A stretch of 37,623 nt of DNA from a virus (IMGVR_UViG_2645727529_000001:1-37623), one strand, 5' to 3'. Numbered from the stretch's first letter, positions 26,858-37,365 are shown. The notes: a model not told the origin generated them from the sequence alone. Numbers and translations: made by a program.

Positions 26858-26906
26858 TGCAGAGATAACGGCTAACTGGCATCATCTCCGGTTTTTATTC
26901 AGGGGG

Positions 26907-27479
26907 ATGATCATGCTTATTGGCTATGTACGCGTGTCAACAAATGACCAGAACACCGATTTGCAACGCAATGCACTGAACTGTGCGGGATGTGAGCGGA
27001 TTTTTGAGGATAAAATCAGTGGCACCAAGTCCGACAGACCGGGGCTGAAAAAGCTGCTCAGGACACTATCGGCAGGAGACACGCTGGTTGTCTGGAAGCT
27101 GGACAGACTGGGGCGCAGTATGCGGCATCTTGTTACGCTGATAGAAGAGCTGCGCCAGCGTGGCGTGAATTTCCGAAGCCTGACTGACAGTATTGATACC
27201 AGCACCCCAATGGGCCGTTTCTTTTTTCATGTCATGGGTGCCCTGGCTGAAATGGAACGCGAACTGATAGTTGAACGTACCAGGGCGGGGCTGGCTGCAG
27301 CTCGTGCTAAAGGCAGAGTAGGTGGACGCCGTCCTAAGTTGACCAGCGAACAGTGGGCACAGATTGGGCGTTTACTCGAGGCCGGAGAATCAAGACAGCG
27401 TATTGCACTGATTTTTGATGTAGGCGTTTCTACCATTTATCGAAAATTTCCGGCAAATAAGAACAATAAATCTCCCTGA
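26907..27479 (+). CDS. Serine DNA invertase (Hin/Gin/Pin/Cin family)
   Basis: N-terminal IGYVRVSTNDQNTDLQ resolvase catalytic motif and C-terminal HTH; AGGGGG RBS favours the ATG at 26913. Confidence 0.9.
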   Translation: MIMLIGYVRVSTNDQNTDLQRNALNCAGCERIFEDKISGTKSDRPGLKKLLRTLSAGDTLVVWKLDRLGRSMRHLVTLIEELRQRGVNFRSLTDSIDTSTPMGRFFFHVMGALAEMERELIVERTRAGLAAARAKGRVGGRRPKLTSEQWAQIGRLLEAGESRQRIALIFDVGVSTIYRKFPANKNNKSP

Positions 27480-27527
27480 ATCAGCTTTATTTTGATTATC
27501 CCTGAAAGCAGACAAATACCGTCATTT

Positions 27528-27545
27528 TGTGTGAATAACGGTACA
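27528..27545. promoter_or_regulatory. Ogr/Delta-type late-promoter site for P_F (TGT-N12-ACA)
   Basis: TGTgtgaataacggtACA, 77 nt upstream of the FI start. Confidence 0.55.
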
Positions 27546-27621
27546 ACTGCGTTTAGCTGTTTGTCAGGCACAATCACTTCAACATAGGGCGAAGCCTAAT
27601 CCAATCAGGAGGTTCGCCACT

Positions 27622-28794
27622 ATGGCTCAGGATTACCACCACGGGGTGCGCGTTGTTGAAGTCAACGAAGGCACCCGATCCATTACCACGGTGAGCACCG
27701 CCATCGTGGGTATGGTCTGCACGGGCGATGATGCCGATGCAAAAATGTTTCCTCTTAATAAACCCGTGCTGATCACTGATGTGCTGACTGCCAGCGGTAA
27801 AGCGGGTGAGTCAGGCACGCTGGCTCGTTCGCTGGATGCCATCGCTGACCAGGCAAAACCCGTGACCGTTGTTGTGCGTGTGCCGCAGGGTGAAACGGAA
27901 GAAGAAACCACGACCAATATCATCGGCGCAGTGACCGCTGAAGGTAAAAAAACAGGCATGAAAGCCCTGTTATCTGCCCAGTCACAGCTCGGCGTTAAAC
28001 CGCGCATTCTCGGCGTGCCAGGTCACGACACGAAGGCGGTAGCTACTGAGTTGCTGAGCGTGGCGCAAAGCCTGCGTGGATTTGCTTACCTGTCAGCGTA
28101 TGGTTGCAAGACGGTGCAGGAAGCAATCACTTACCGTGAAAACTTCAGCCAGCGCGAAGGGATGCTGATCTGGCCCGACTTTACTGGCTGGGACACGGTG
28201 CTGAATGCCGAAGCAACGGCATATGCCACCGCCCGTGCGCTTGGTCTGCGTGCCAAAATTGATGAGCAGACCGGGTGGCACAAAAGCCTGTCCAACGTGG
28301 GCGTGAACGGTGTCACCGGAATTTCTGCTGATGTGTTCTGGGATCTGCAGGACCCGGCAACCGATGCGGGACTGCTTAACCAGAACGACGTCACCACGCT
28401 TGTGCGCAAGGATGGTTTCCGCTTCTGGGGTTCCCGCTGTCTGAGCGATGATCCGCTTTTTGCCTTCGAAAACTACACCCGCACAGCGCAGGTACTGATG
28501 GACACAATGGCAGAAGCACATATGTGGGCGGTGGACAAACCGCTGAACCCGTCGCTGGCCCGCGACATTATCGAAGGTATCCGCGCCAAAATGCGCAGCC
28601 TGGTCAGTCAGGGCTATCTCATTGGTGGTGATTGCTGGCTGGACGAGTCAGTGAACGACAAAGACACGCTGAAAGCCGGAAAACTCACCATCGACTATGA
28701 CTACACGCCAGTGCCGCCACTTGAAAATCTGATGCTGCGCCAGCGCATCACCGATCAGTACCTGGTGAATTTCGCCAGCCAGGTCAGCGCGTAA
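27622..28794 (+). CDS. FI: Tail sheath protein gpFI
   Basis: 390 aa; P2 FI-like; GGAGG RBS. Confidence 0.9.
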   Translation: MAQDYHHGVRVVEVNEGTRSITTVSTAIVGMVCTGDDADAKMFPLNKPVLITDVLTASGKAGESGTLARSLDAIADQAKPVTVVVRVPQGETEEETTTNIIGAVTAEGKKTGMKALLSAQSQLGVKPRILGVPGHDTKAVATELLSVAQSLRGFAYLSAYGCKTVQEAITYRENFSQREGMLIWPDFTGWDTVLNAEATAYATARALGLRAKIDEQTGWHKSLSNVGVNGVTGISADVFWDLQDPATDAGLLNQNDVTTLVRKDGFRFWGSRCLSDDPLFAFENYTRTAQVLMDTMAEAHMWAVDKPLNPSLARDIIEGIRAKMRSLVSQGYLIGGDCWLDESVNDKDTLKAGKLTIDYDYTPVPPLENLMLRQRITDQYLVNFASQVSA

Positions 28795-28803
28795 GGGGAT
28801 AAC

Positions 28804-29319
28804 ATGGCTTTACCACGCAAATTAAAACATCTGAACCTGTTTAACGACGGGAACAACTGGCAGGGGATCGTAGAGTCGCTGACGCTGCCGAAATTCACCC
28901 GCAAATATGAGAAGTATCGCGGCGGCGGAATGCCTGGTGCAGTGGATGTGGATCTGGGGCTTGATGACAGTGCGCTGGACACAGAATTTTCCATTGGTGG
29001 TACTGAACTGCTGCTGTTTAAGCAGATGGGCAAAGCCACGGTGGATGGCATCCAGTTGCGCTTTACCGGCTCTATCCAGCGTGACGATACCGGAGAAGTG
29101 CAGGCCGTGGAGCTTGTGGTGCGTGGACGTCACAAAGAAGTGGATTCCGGCGAGTGGAAGACGGGCGAAAGCAACACCACCAAAGTGACCAGTACCAACA
29201 GCTACGCGAAGCTGACCATCAATGGTGAGGTGCTCTATGAAGTGGACCTTATCAACATGGTGGAAATTGTGGACGGTATGGACCTGATGGAAGCGCACCG
29301 CAACGCCCTCGGCCTCTGA
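28804..29319 (+). CDS. FII: Tail tube protein gpFII
   Basis: 171 aa; P2 FII-like. Confidence 0.9.
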   Translation: MALPRKLKHLNLFNDGNNWQGIVESLTLPKFTRKYEKYRGGGMPGAVDVDLGLDDSALDTEFSIGGTELLLFKQMGKATVDGIQLRFTGSIQRDDTGEVQAVELVVRGRHKEVDSGEWKTGESNTTKVTSTNSYAKLTINGEVLYEVDLINMVEIVDGMDLMEAHRNALGL

Positions 29320-29373
29320 TATATCTGAACGGCGCGGGATACCGCGCCAGAACCCAATTTACAGGACAGCAAA

Positions 29374-29676
29374 ATGAGTGATAAGCAGACTGAAAAGACC
29401 ATTCAACTGGATACCCCCATCAAGCGCGGTAAAACAGAAATCACCGAAATTGTGCTGCGTAAACCGCAGTCCGGTGCGCTGCGCGGTACACGCCTGCAGG
29501 CCATTATGGATATGGATGTGAACGCGATGATGACCGTGATCCCCCGCATCTCCAGTCCGGCACTGACTGCACAGGAAATTGCAGAGATGGACCCGGCAGA
29601 TCTCACTGCCATGTCGGTTGAGGTTGTCACTTTTTTGTTGAAGAAGTCGGTGCTTGCCGGTTTACCGACAGCCTGA
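29374..29676 (+). CDS. E: Tail assembly chaperone gpE
   Basis: 100 aa; synteny before the tape measure gene. Confidence 0.85.
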   Translation: MSDKQTEKTIQLDTPIKRGKTEITEIVLRKPQSGALRGTRLQAIMDMDVNAMMTVIPRISSPALTAQEIAEMDPADLTAMSVEVVTFLLKKSVLAGLPTA

Positions 29677-29810
29677 CGGTTGACGATCTGGTGGCAGATA
29701 TCGCCACCATTTTTCACTGGCCGCCATCCGTTACTGACGTTATGCCGCTGACCGAAGTGCTGGAATGGCGGTATAAAGCGATTCAGAGAAGCGGGGCCAA
29801 CGATGAGTGA
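29374..29810 (+). CDS. E': gpE+E' fusion produced by programmed -1 frameshift
   Basis: Slippery heptamer T TTT TTG at 29631-29637; -1 frame stays open for 58 codons to TGA 29808-29810, overlapping the T start. Confidence 0.7.
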
Positions 29811-32800
29811 TAATAACCTGCGGCTGCAGGTCATTCTTAATGCGGTTGACAAACTCACCCGCCCATTCCGTGCTGCACAGGCCAGTTCGAAAGAGCTGGC
29901 TGGCGCAATCAGAAACTCCCGTGACGCATTAAAGCAACTCAATCAGGCGGGTAACAGCCTGGAAAAATTTCGCAAGCTGCAGGCCGATAACAAGAAGTTA
30001 GGCGACAGGCTGAACTATGCCAGACAGAAGGCTAATTTGCTTAGCTCTGAGCTGGAGTCGATGGAACAACCATCACAACGGCACCTTGTGGCTTTAGGTC
30101 GGCAAACGCTGGCAGTCCAACGTCTGGAAGAACAACAAAAATATTTGCAGAAGCAAACGGCGCTTGTGCGTGCAGAACTGTACCGGGCGGGAATTTCTGC
30201 GAAAGATGATGCGGGAGCAACTGCCCGTTTAGCCCGTGAAACATCACGTTATAACCAGGAACTGTTGAAACAGGAGGCGCGGCTGAAGCGACTGGGGGAA
30301 GCTCAGCGCAGGATGAATGCAGCGCGTGCCAGTTATGCCCGTTCGCTGGAGGTGCGCGATCGCATCGCAGGAGCCGGAGCCACCACCACGGCTGCAGGGC
30401 TGGCAATGGGGACGCCAGTGATGGCGGCAGTAAAAAGCTATACCAGCATGGAAGATGCCATGAAAGGTGTGGCAAAGCAGGTCAATGGTCTGCGTGACGA
30501 TAATGGCAACCGCACTGCACGTTTTTATGAAATGCAGGATGCCATCAAGGCTGCCAGCGAACAGTTGCCGATGGAAAACGGTGCGGTGGACTTCGCTGCA
30601 CTGGTTGAAGGTGGTGCGCGCATGAACGTCGCAAACCCTGACGACAGCTGGGAAGACCAGAAACGTGACCTTTTGGCCTTTGCCAGTACGGCAGCAAAGG
30701 CGGCAACAGCTTTTGAGCTGCCAGCGGATGAACTGTCAGAAAGTCTGGGGAAAATCGCCCAGCTCTACAAAATCCCTACCCGCAATATTGAACAGCTCGG
30801 TGATGCGCTGAACTATCTGGATGATAACGCCATGTCGAAAGGGGCAGACATCATCGATGTCATGCAACGCCTGGGCGGTGTGGCTGATCGTCTGGATTAT
30901 CGTAAAGCGGCGGCGCTGGGTTCCACCTTCCTGACACTGGGCGCTGCGCCGGAGGTTGCAGCCAGTGCAGCAAACGCGATGGTGCGTGAATTGTCCATTG
31001 CCACCATGCAAAGCAAGAGTTTCTTTGAAGGGATGAATCTGCTGAAACTCAATCCTGAAGTGATTGAAAAGCAGATGACGAAGGATGCGATGGGAACTAT
31101 CCAGCGTGTGCTGGAGAAGGTGAACGCACTGCCGCAGGATAAGCGCCTGTCTGCCATGACCATGTTGTTTGGTAAAGAGTTTGGCGATGACGCAGCGAAA
31201 CTGGCAAACAACCTGCCGGAACTACAGCGCCAGCTAAAACTGACAGCGGGCAATGATGCGCTCGGTTCCATGCAGAAAGAATCCGACATCAACAAAGACT
31301 CACTTTCTGCTCAGTGGTTGCTGGTCAAAACCGGAGCGCAGAACACCTTCAGCAGCCTGGGCGAAACGCTGCGCCAACCGCTGATGGATATTCTGTACAC
31401 GGTGAAAAGCATTACGGGGGCGTTGCGCCGCTGGGTGGAAGCTAACCCGGAACTGACAGGCACACTGATGAAAGTAGCGGCTATTGTGGCTGCGGTTACC
31501 GTAGGCCTCGGCACCTTAGCGGTGGCGCTGGCTGCAGTGCTGGGGCCGCTGGCAGTCATCCGTCTGGGATTCTCTGTGCTGGGTATCAAAACGTTACCTT
31601 CCGTTACGGCAGCAGTAACCCGAACCAACAGCGCGTTGTCCTGGCTGGCTGGCGCACCACTGGCACTGCTGCGACGCGGGCTTGCTTCATCGGGCAACGC
31701 AGCGGGTTTACTTACTGCGCCGTTGTCGTCTTTGCGTCGCACGGCATCACTGACGGGGAATGTCCTGAAAACTGTAGCAGGTGCGCCGGTTGCACTATTG
31801 CGGTCTGGATTATCCGGTTTACGTGCTGTTGCTGTGATGTTTATGAATCCTCTGGCGGTACTGCGCGGTGGACTGGCTGCCGCAGGCGTGGTGCTTCGTG
31901 TGCTGGCATCCGGTCCGCTGGCGATGCTGCGCGTTGCCCTGTATGCCATATCTGGTCTGTTAGGTGCTCTGCTCAGTCCGATAGGTCTTGTGGTTACTGC
32001 ACTGGCAGGCGTGGCGCTGGTTGTCTGGAAATACTGGCAACCCATCACCGCATTTCTCGGTGGCGTGGTGGAAGGATTCAAAGCGGCGGCAGGTCCCATC
32101 AGTGCTGCATTCGAACCACTTAAGTCTGTGTTTCAGTGGATTGGCGACAAAGTACAGGCGCTGTGGGGCTGGTTTACTAATCTGCTGACGCCTGTTAAGT
32201 CGACCTCTGCCGAACTGCAGAGCGCAGCGGCAATGGGGCGACGATTCGGGGAGGCACTGGCGGAAGGGCTGAATATGGTCATGCATCCGCTGGACTCCCT
32301 GAAATCCGGTGTTTCCTGGTTGCTGGATAAACTCGGCATTGTCAGTAAAGAAGCTGCAAAGGCGAAACTGCCGGAAAGCGTGACGCGTCAGCAACCTGCG
32401 ACGGTGAATGCAGACGGTAAAGTGATGATGCCATCGGGTGGTTTTCCGTCATGGGGATATGGCTTTGCGGGGATGTATGACAGCGGCGGGTATATCCCGC
32501 GCGGGCAGTTTGGCATCGTCGGTGAAAACGGGCCGGAAATTGTTAACGGCCCGGCAAATGTGACCAGCCGGAGAAATACAGCTGCACTGGCTGCCGTTGT
32601 TGCCGGAATGATGGGCGTTGCTGCCGCGCCAGCAGAGCTTCCACCGTTGCACCCTTTGGCACTTCCCGCGAAAGGCGGCGAAGCGATGGTGAGTCGTGCA
32701 GCCACTGTGCCGCCCGTTCAGCGGATTGAGGCACCGACGCAGATCATCATTCAGACGCAGCCAGGACAAAGTGCGCAGGATATTGCGCGGGAGGTGGCAC

Positions 32801-32880
32801 GTCAGCTTGATGAACGTGAACGCAGGCTGAAGGCAAAAGCCAGGAGTAACTACAGCGATCAGGGGGGATACGACGCATGA
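29803..32880 (+). CDS. T: Tail tape measure protein gpT
   Basis: 1025 aa, coiled-coil N-terminus and hydrophobic repeats. Confidence 0.9.
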   Translation: MSDNNLRLQVILNAVDKLTRPFRAAQASSKELAGAIRNSRDALKQLNQAGNSLEKFRKLQADNKKLGDRLNYARQKANLLSSELESMEQPSQRHLVALGRQTLAVQRLEEQQKYLQKQTALVRAELYRAGISAKDDAGATARLARETSRYNQELLKQEARLKRLGEAQRRMNAARASYARSLEVRDRIAGAGATTTAAGLAMGTPVMAAVKSYTSMEDAMKGVAKQVNGLRDDNGNRTARFYEMQDAIKAASEQLPMENGAVDFAALVEGGARMNVANPDDSWEDQKRDLLAFASTAAKAATAFELPADELSESLGKIAQLYKIPTRNIEQLGDALNYLDDNAMSKGADIIDVMQRLGGVADRLDYRKAAALGSTFLTLGAAPEVAASAANAMVRELSIATMQSKSFFEGMNLLKLNPEVIEKQMTKDAMGTIQRVLEKVNALPQDKRLSAMTMLFGKEFGDDAAKLANNLPELQRQLKLTAGNDALGSMQKESDINKDSLSAQWLLVKTGAQNTFSSLGETLRQPLMDILYTVKSITGALRRWVEANPELTGTLMKVAAIVAAVTVGLGTLAVALAAVLGPLAVIRLGFSVLGIKTLPSVTAAVTRTNSALSWLAGAPLALLRRGLASSGNAAGLLTAPLSSLRRTASLTGNVLKTVAGAPVALLRSGLSGLRAVAVMFMNPLAVLRGGLAAAGVVLRVLASGPLAMLRVALYAISGLLGALLSPIGLVVTALAGVALVVWKYWQPITAFLGGVVEGFKAAAGPISAAFEPLKSVFQWIGDKVQALWGWFTNLLTPVKSTSAELQSAAAMGRRFGEALAEGLNMVMHPLDSLKSGVSWLLDKLGIVSKEAAKAKLPESVTRQQPATVNADGKVMMPSGGFPSWGYGFAGMYDSGGYIPRGQFGIVGENGPEIVNGPANVTSRRNTAALAAVVAGMMGVAAAPAELPPLHPLALPAKGGEAMVSRAATVPPVQRIEAPTQIIIQTQPGQSAQDIAREVARQLDERERRLKAKARSNYSDQGGYDA

Positions 32881-33362
32881 TGATGGTGCTGGGATTGTAC
32901 GTGTTTATGCTGCGCACTGTGCCGTATCAGGAACTGCAGTATCAACGCAGCTGGCGACATGCGGCAAACAGCCGGGTCAACCGACGCCCGTCCACGCAGT
33001 TTCTGGGACCGGACAACGACATGCTGACGCTTTCTGGTGTTCTTATGCCAGAGATAACGGGCGGCAGGCTGTCGTTGCTGGCTCTGGAGCAGATGGCAGA
33101 ACAGGGAAAAGCATGGCCCCTGATTGAAGGCAGCGGCACGATTTACGGCATGTATGTGATTGAGGGACTGAATCAGACTAAAACGGAGTTTTTCCGCGAT
33201 GGTATGCCGCGCCGGATTGAGTTCACCCTGTCGCTCAAACGGGTGGATGAATCCCTGTCCGATATGTTCGGTGATCTCAGTGCGCAGCTGAATAATTTGC
33301 AGGATACGGCAACGTCTGCCTTAAGCGATATCAGTAAAACGGTGGGAGGGCTGCTGTCGTGA
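32877..33362 (+). CDS. U: Tail protein gpU
   Basis: 161 aa; synteny. Confidence 0.85.
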   Translation: MMMVLGLYVFMLRTVPYQELQYQRSWRHAANSRVNRRPSTQFLGPDNDMLTLSGVLMPEITGGRLSLLALEQMAEQGKAWPLIEGSGTIYGMYVIEGLNQTKTEFFRDGMPRRIEFTLSLKRVDESLSDMFGDLSAQLNNLQDTATSALSDISKTVGGLLS

Positions 33363-34459
33363 ATTTCAGCTCTGAACTGCTTAACAAAGGCAACAAAACT
33401 CCCGCATTCAGCATCAGTATTGAAGGCAAGGATATCACCACTGTGCTGGACAACCGCCTGATGGGGCTTACGCTGACGGATAACCGGGGCTTTGAAGCGG
33501 ACCAGCTTGATCTGGAGCTGGACGACGCCGACGGAAAAATCGTGCTGCCGCGCCGTGGTGCGGTCATCACGCTGGCGCTGGGCTGGAAGGGGCAGCCGCT
33601 TTTCCCGAAAGGGGCATTCACAGTGGACGAGATTGAACACACTGGCGCACCGGATCGCCTGACTATCCGGGCGCGAAGTGCTGATTTTAGGGAAACGCTG
33701 AATACCCGCCGTGAAAAATCGTGGCACAAGACCACTGTCGGGGAAGTGGTGAAGGAAATAGCCGCGCGTCACAAGCTGAAGATGGCACTGGGTAAAGACC
33801 TGTCGGATAAGCCCGTGGAGCATATAGACCAGACTAATGAGAGTGACGGCAGTTTTCTGATGCGGCTGGCGCGCCAGTACGGTGCCATCGCGTCGGTGAA
33901 AAATGGCAATCTGTTATTCATCCGGCAGGGACAGGGCAAAAGCGCCACTGGTAAACCACTGCCGGTGATCACTATCACACGCAAGGACGGCGACAGTCAC
34001 CGCTTTACCCTGGCAGATCGCGGAGCCTACACGGGGGTAATTGCCAGCTGGTTGCATACCCGCGAACCCGCGAAGAAAGAAAGCACTACGGTGAAGCGTA
34101 AGCGCAGGACTAAGAAGCAGAAGAAAGAGCCGGAAGCGAAGCAGGGCGATTACCTGGTGGGGACGGATGAAAACGTGCTGGTACTTAATCGCACTTATGC
34201 CAACCGGAGCAACGCCGAACGAGCGGCAAAAATGCAGTGGGAACGCCTGCAACGCGGCGTTGCGTCATTCTCGCTACAACTGGCGGAAGGGCGGGCAGAT
34301 CTCTACACGGAAATGCCTGTGAAGGTCAGTGGTTTTAAACAGCCGATAGATGATGCGGAATGGACCATTACGACTCTGACACATACCGTCAGCCCGGATA
34401 ACGGTTTTACGACCAGTCTGGAGCTTGAAGTGAAGATTGATGATTTCGAAATGGAATGA
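33359..34459 (+). CDS. D: Tail protein gpD
   Basis: 366 aa; P2 D-like; synteny. Confidence 0.9.
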   Translation: MNFSSELLNKGNKTPAFSISIEGKDITTVLDNRLMGLTLTDNRGFEADQLDLELDDADGKIVLPRRGAVITLALGWKGQPLFPKGAFTVDEIEHTGAPDRLTIRARSADFRETLNTRREKSWHKTTVGEVVKEIAARHKLKMALGKDLSDKPVEHIDQTNESDGSFLMRLARQYGAIASVKNGNLLFIRQGQGKSATGKPLPVITITRKDGDSHRFTLADRGAYTGVIASWLHTREPAKKESTTVKRKRRTKKQKKEPEAKQGDYLVGTDENVLVLNRTYANRSNAERAAKMQWERLQRGVASFSLQLAEGRADLYTEMPVKVSGFKQPIDDAEWTITTLTHTVSPDNGFTTSLELEVKIDDFEME

Positions 34460-34549
34460 TTCTTCGCAATGGAGAACTTTTAAGTTTTCAAAATGGAATA
34501 ATGCGGTATCATTATTGTGAATTTAGCAAAAATGGGGAGAACTCGAAAA

Positions 34550-34768
34550 ATGATGATTTGCCCACTGTGTGGAAGTGCCGCCCATACTCGCAGCAGTTTT
34601 CAGGTATCTTCATTGACCAAAGAGCGTTACAACCAGTGCCAGAACATTAACTGCAGCCATACTTTTGTTACCCATGAAACTTTTGTTCGTTCGATTGCAA
34701 CGCCAAAAGAGTCAAATCCGGTTCAGCCGCATCCAATGAAATCAGGACAGGTAGCGCTCTCTCTTTGA
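34550..34768 (+). CDS. ogr: Late transcription activator Ogr (zinc finger)
   Basis: 72 aa from ATG 34550; CPLC...CQNINC zinc-binding motif; last prophage gene before the att repeat. Confidence 0.85.
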   Translation: MMICPLCGSAAHTRSSFQVSSLTKERYNQCQNINCSHTFVTHETFVRSIATPKESNPVQPHPMKSGQVALSL

Positions 34769-34790
34769 CGCTGCCGCCATTTTGTCGCCA
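34769..34790. repeat. att core copy (attR side)
   Basis: cgctgccgccattttgtcgcca, directly after the ogr stop; matches 19-40. Confidence 0.6.
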
Positions 34791-34854
34791 TCGTTAAAAA
34801 ACAGTGCTTCTAACATCATGATCTTAAACAGCTTAAATTTCAGGCAACAAAAAA

Positions 34855-34897
34855 CCCATCAACCTTGAACCGAAATGGCGGGGTTGATGGGCTCCAC
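34855..34897 (-). terminator. Intrinsic terminator of host ybjL
   Basis: 10-bp stem cccatcaacc/ggttgatggg followed on the minus strand by UUUUUU; about 110 nt downstream of the ybjL stop. Confidence 0.6.
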
Positions 34898-35003
34898 AAA
34901 ATGGGGACATCAAAGAAAAGCAGTGGCATTAATTAAGACTGATGCCCTGCGGAAAAGTTCTGCGGTTGTGCAAAAAAATTTCATTTTCAGGGCAACTTCA
35001 GTT

Positions 35004-36689
35004 TTATCCTAATCCTGGCCATACCATGACGATGATTGTCCCTGCCAGCGTCAGCAGGACGTTGGCGATTGCGTAGGTGCCCGCATAGCCCAGCGCAGGG
35101 ATGTTACTGCGAGCTGTATCACTGATGATCTCCATTGCCGGCGCGCAGGTGCGTGCGCCCATCATTGCGCCGAACAACAGTGCGCGGTTCATTCGCAATA
35201 CATAAGCACCGAACAAGAAACAGATAACCACGGGCACAAGACTGACAATTAATCCGGCAATCAACATCTGACCGCCAATCGCGCCCAGGCCGTTATTAAT
35301 ACCGCTACCGGCGCTCAGACCAACGCCTGCCATAAACACCATCAAGCCGAACTCTTTCACCATGCTTAATGCACCTTGCGGAATGTAACCGAAGGTCGGG
35401 TGGTTAGCACGCATAAAGCCCAGCATAATTCCGGCGAATAACAACCCGGCAGCGTTCCCCATGCCGAAACTGAATGTGCTGAACTGGAAGGTGATCATCC
35501 CGATCATCAGCCCAATAACAAAGAAGGCGCAAAATGCCAGCAGGTCAGTGACCTGGCTGTGAATCGAGATAAAGCCGATGCGATCGGCGATGGTTTTTAC
35601 GCGACGGGCATCACCGCTGACTTGTAAAACGTCACCTTTGTTAAGCACGACGTTGTCATCTATCGGCATCTCAATCTGGCTACGAATGACGCGGTTAAGG
35701 AAGCAACCGTGATCGGTCAACTTCAGTTGTGCGAGACGTTTACCTACAGCGTTATGGTTTTTAACGACCACTTCTTCAGTGACGATACGCATGTCGAGAA
35801 GGTCACGATCGAAAACTTCTTTACCGTTACGGAAGCTGGGATCGAGTCGGGCATGGGCGTCGGGATAGCCTACCAACGCTATTTCATCGCCCATTTGTAG
35901 CACGGCATCACCGTCTGGATTTGCCAGAATCCCGTTACGTCGAATACGTTCAATGTAGCAGCCGGTTTGTCGATAAATACCCAGTTCACGCAGATTTTTG
36001 CCGTCGGTCCAGGCCACCAGCTCCGGGCCGACGCGATAGGCGCGGATCACCGGTAAATAAACCTTACGGTTGGCATCAGTGTCCAGGCCACGTTCGCGGG
36101 CGATTTGCTGGGCGCTGGTCTGTAAGTCCTGATGCTGCAATTTCGGCAAGTAACGCGCACCAACAATCAAACTCACCAGACCGATTAAATAGGTTAAGGC
36201 ATACCCGAGGCTCAGATTATCCAGTGCCAGTGAGAGCTGCCTGCTTTCCATGCCGGAATGACGCAGTGTATCGCCAGCACCGACCAGAACCGGTGTCGAC
36301 GTCATAGAGCCTGCTAACATACCGGCCGTCAGGCCAATATCCCAGCCAAACAGCTTACCTAACCCTAAGGCGATCACCAGCGCACTGCCAACCATCACCA
36401 GTGCTAACATTAGGTAATTTTTCCCATCGCGAAAAAAAATGGAAAAAAAGTTCGGTCCGGCTTCGACCCCGACGCAGAAAATAAACAGCATAAAGCCAAG
36501 ATTAAGCGCATCGGTGTTAATGCTGAAATGTTGTTGGCCTAATAACAGCGATACGACTAAAACGCCAATGGAATTACCCAGTTGGATCGAACCAAGTCGT
36601 AACTTTCCGAGACATAGCCCAAGCGCGAGGACCACAAATAATAACAGAATGTAATTCCCATTTAACAATTCGGCGACGTTTATATTCAC
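35004..36689 (-). CDS. ybjL: Putative transport protein YbjL (AAE-family transporter)
   Basis: 561-aa multi-TM protein recognised as E. coli YbjL; neighbours ybjM and grxA as in E. coli. Confidence 0.85.
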
Positions 36690-36958
36690 GGAGGCTAACT
36701 TCTTGTTTACTAGTAAGCTGTTGAAAGAAATGGTAATTTACGATAATGTTTTTTACCAGAATTCAGGGCGCAGATTCATTCAGCGCACCTAAACGATAGT
36801 AAAGTAACAATATATTTTACTAGTGTAATCACATTAGGTATCAACGGCTATATGAATTGCGTTGGCCTATATTAGCATGGAATGCGAAGCGGCTTTATCT
36901 TACTGAACGCCACACTGGCGAAAAATGTGTTCGATAGACGCAGTGTCAGGAGGAACGA

Positions 36959-37336
36959 GTGAAACATAAACAACGTTGGGCGGGGGCAATCTGCTGTTTT
37001 GTCCTCTTCATTGTGGTGTGCCTTTTTCTGGCGACGCACATGAAAGGCGCTTTTCGGGCTGCCGGGCATCCTGAAATCGGCTTGCTATTTTTCATTCTTC
37101 CTGGAGCAGTGGCCAGCTTCTTTTCACAGCGTAGAGAAGTCCTGAAACCTCTGTTTGGCGCAATGCTGGCGGCACCCTGTTCGATGCTCATTATGCGGCT
37201 GTTTTTTTCACCGACGCGCTCATTCTGGCAAGAGCTGGCATGGTTACTAAGCGCGGTGTTCTGGTGTGCGCTGGGGGCACTGTGTTTCTTATTTATCAGT
37301 AGTTTGTTTAAACCACAGCACAGAAAAAATCAGTAA
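36959..37336 (+). CDS. ybjM: Inner membrane protein YbjM
   Basis: 125-aa hydrophobic protein; conserved position between ybjL and grxA. Confidence 0.75.
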   Translation: MKHKQRWAGAICCFVLFIVVCLFLATHMKGAFRAAGHPEIGLLFFILPGAVASFFSQRREVLKPLFGAMLAAPCSMLIMRLFFSPTRSFWQELAWLLSAVFWCALGALCFLFISSLFKPQHRKNQ

Positions 37337-37356
37337 AGCCCTCAACGCGAGGGCTT
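37336..37356. terminator. Bidirectional hairpin between convergent ybjM and grxA
   Basis: aagccctc / gagggctt 8-bp stem with a 5-nt loop. Confidence 0.55.
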
Positions 37357-37365
37357 GTCAGACGA

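Larger units (their letters stand above)
1..34790. mobile_element. P2/186-like prophage, apparently complete (integrase to ogr), bounded by att core repeats
   Basis: Colinear set of P2/186-type genes (int, CI, cII, A, Q, P, O, N, M, L, lysis cassette, tail genes, ogr); 22-bp direct repeat at 19-40 and 34769-34790; host genes follow on the right. Confidence 0.9.

Noticed and set aside
26847-26885. First 13 codons (MMPVSRYLCIFIN) of the minus-strand ORF 26490-26885, as the start of an expressed gene
   Set aside because: These codons lie outside the invertible segment in the invertase upstream region. The meaningful part is the promoterless Hv' cassette, which is only expressed after inversion as a fusion to H.
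31311-32099. 262-aa minus-strand ORF inside the tape measure gene, and similar antisense ORFs (30041-30475, 30897-31295, 31960-32394, 32388-32769)
   Set aside because: Ala/Pro/Ser/Thr-rich low-complexity translations, characteristic antisense artefacts of a GC-rich repetitive tape measure gene.
33173-33823. 216-aa minus-strand ORF spanning the U/D junction, and 14530-14985, 24496-25100, 16308-17153 antisense ORFs
   Set aside because: All lie antisense to recognised structural genes and have arginine/cysteine-rich or low-complexity translations.
34791-34900. Possible tRNA or tmRNA 3' fragment at the integration site
   Set aside because: No cloverleaf or T-loop (GTTCRANYC) features; the hairpin is followed on the minus strand by a U-run and fits the ybjL intrinsic terminator.
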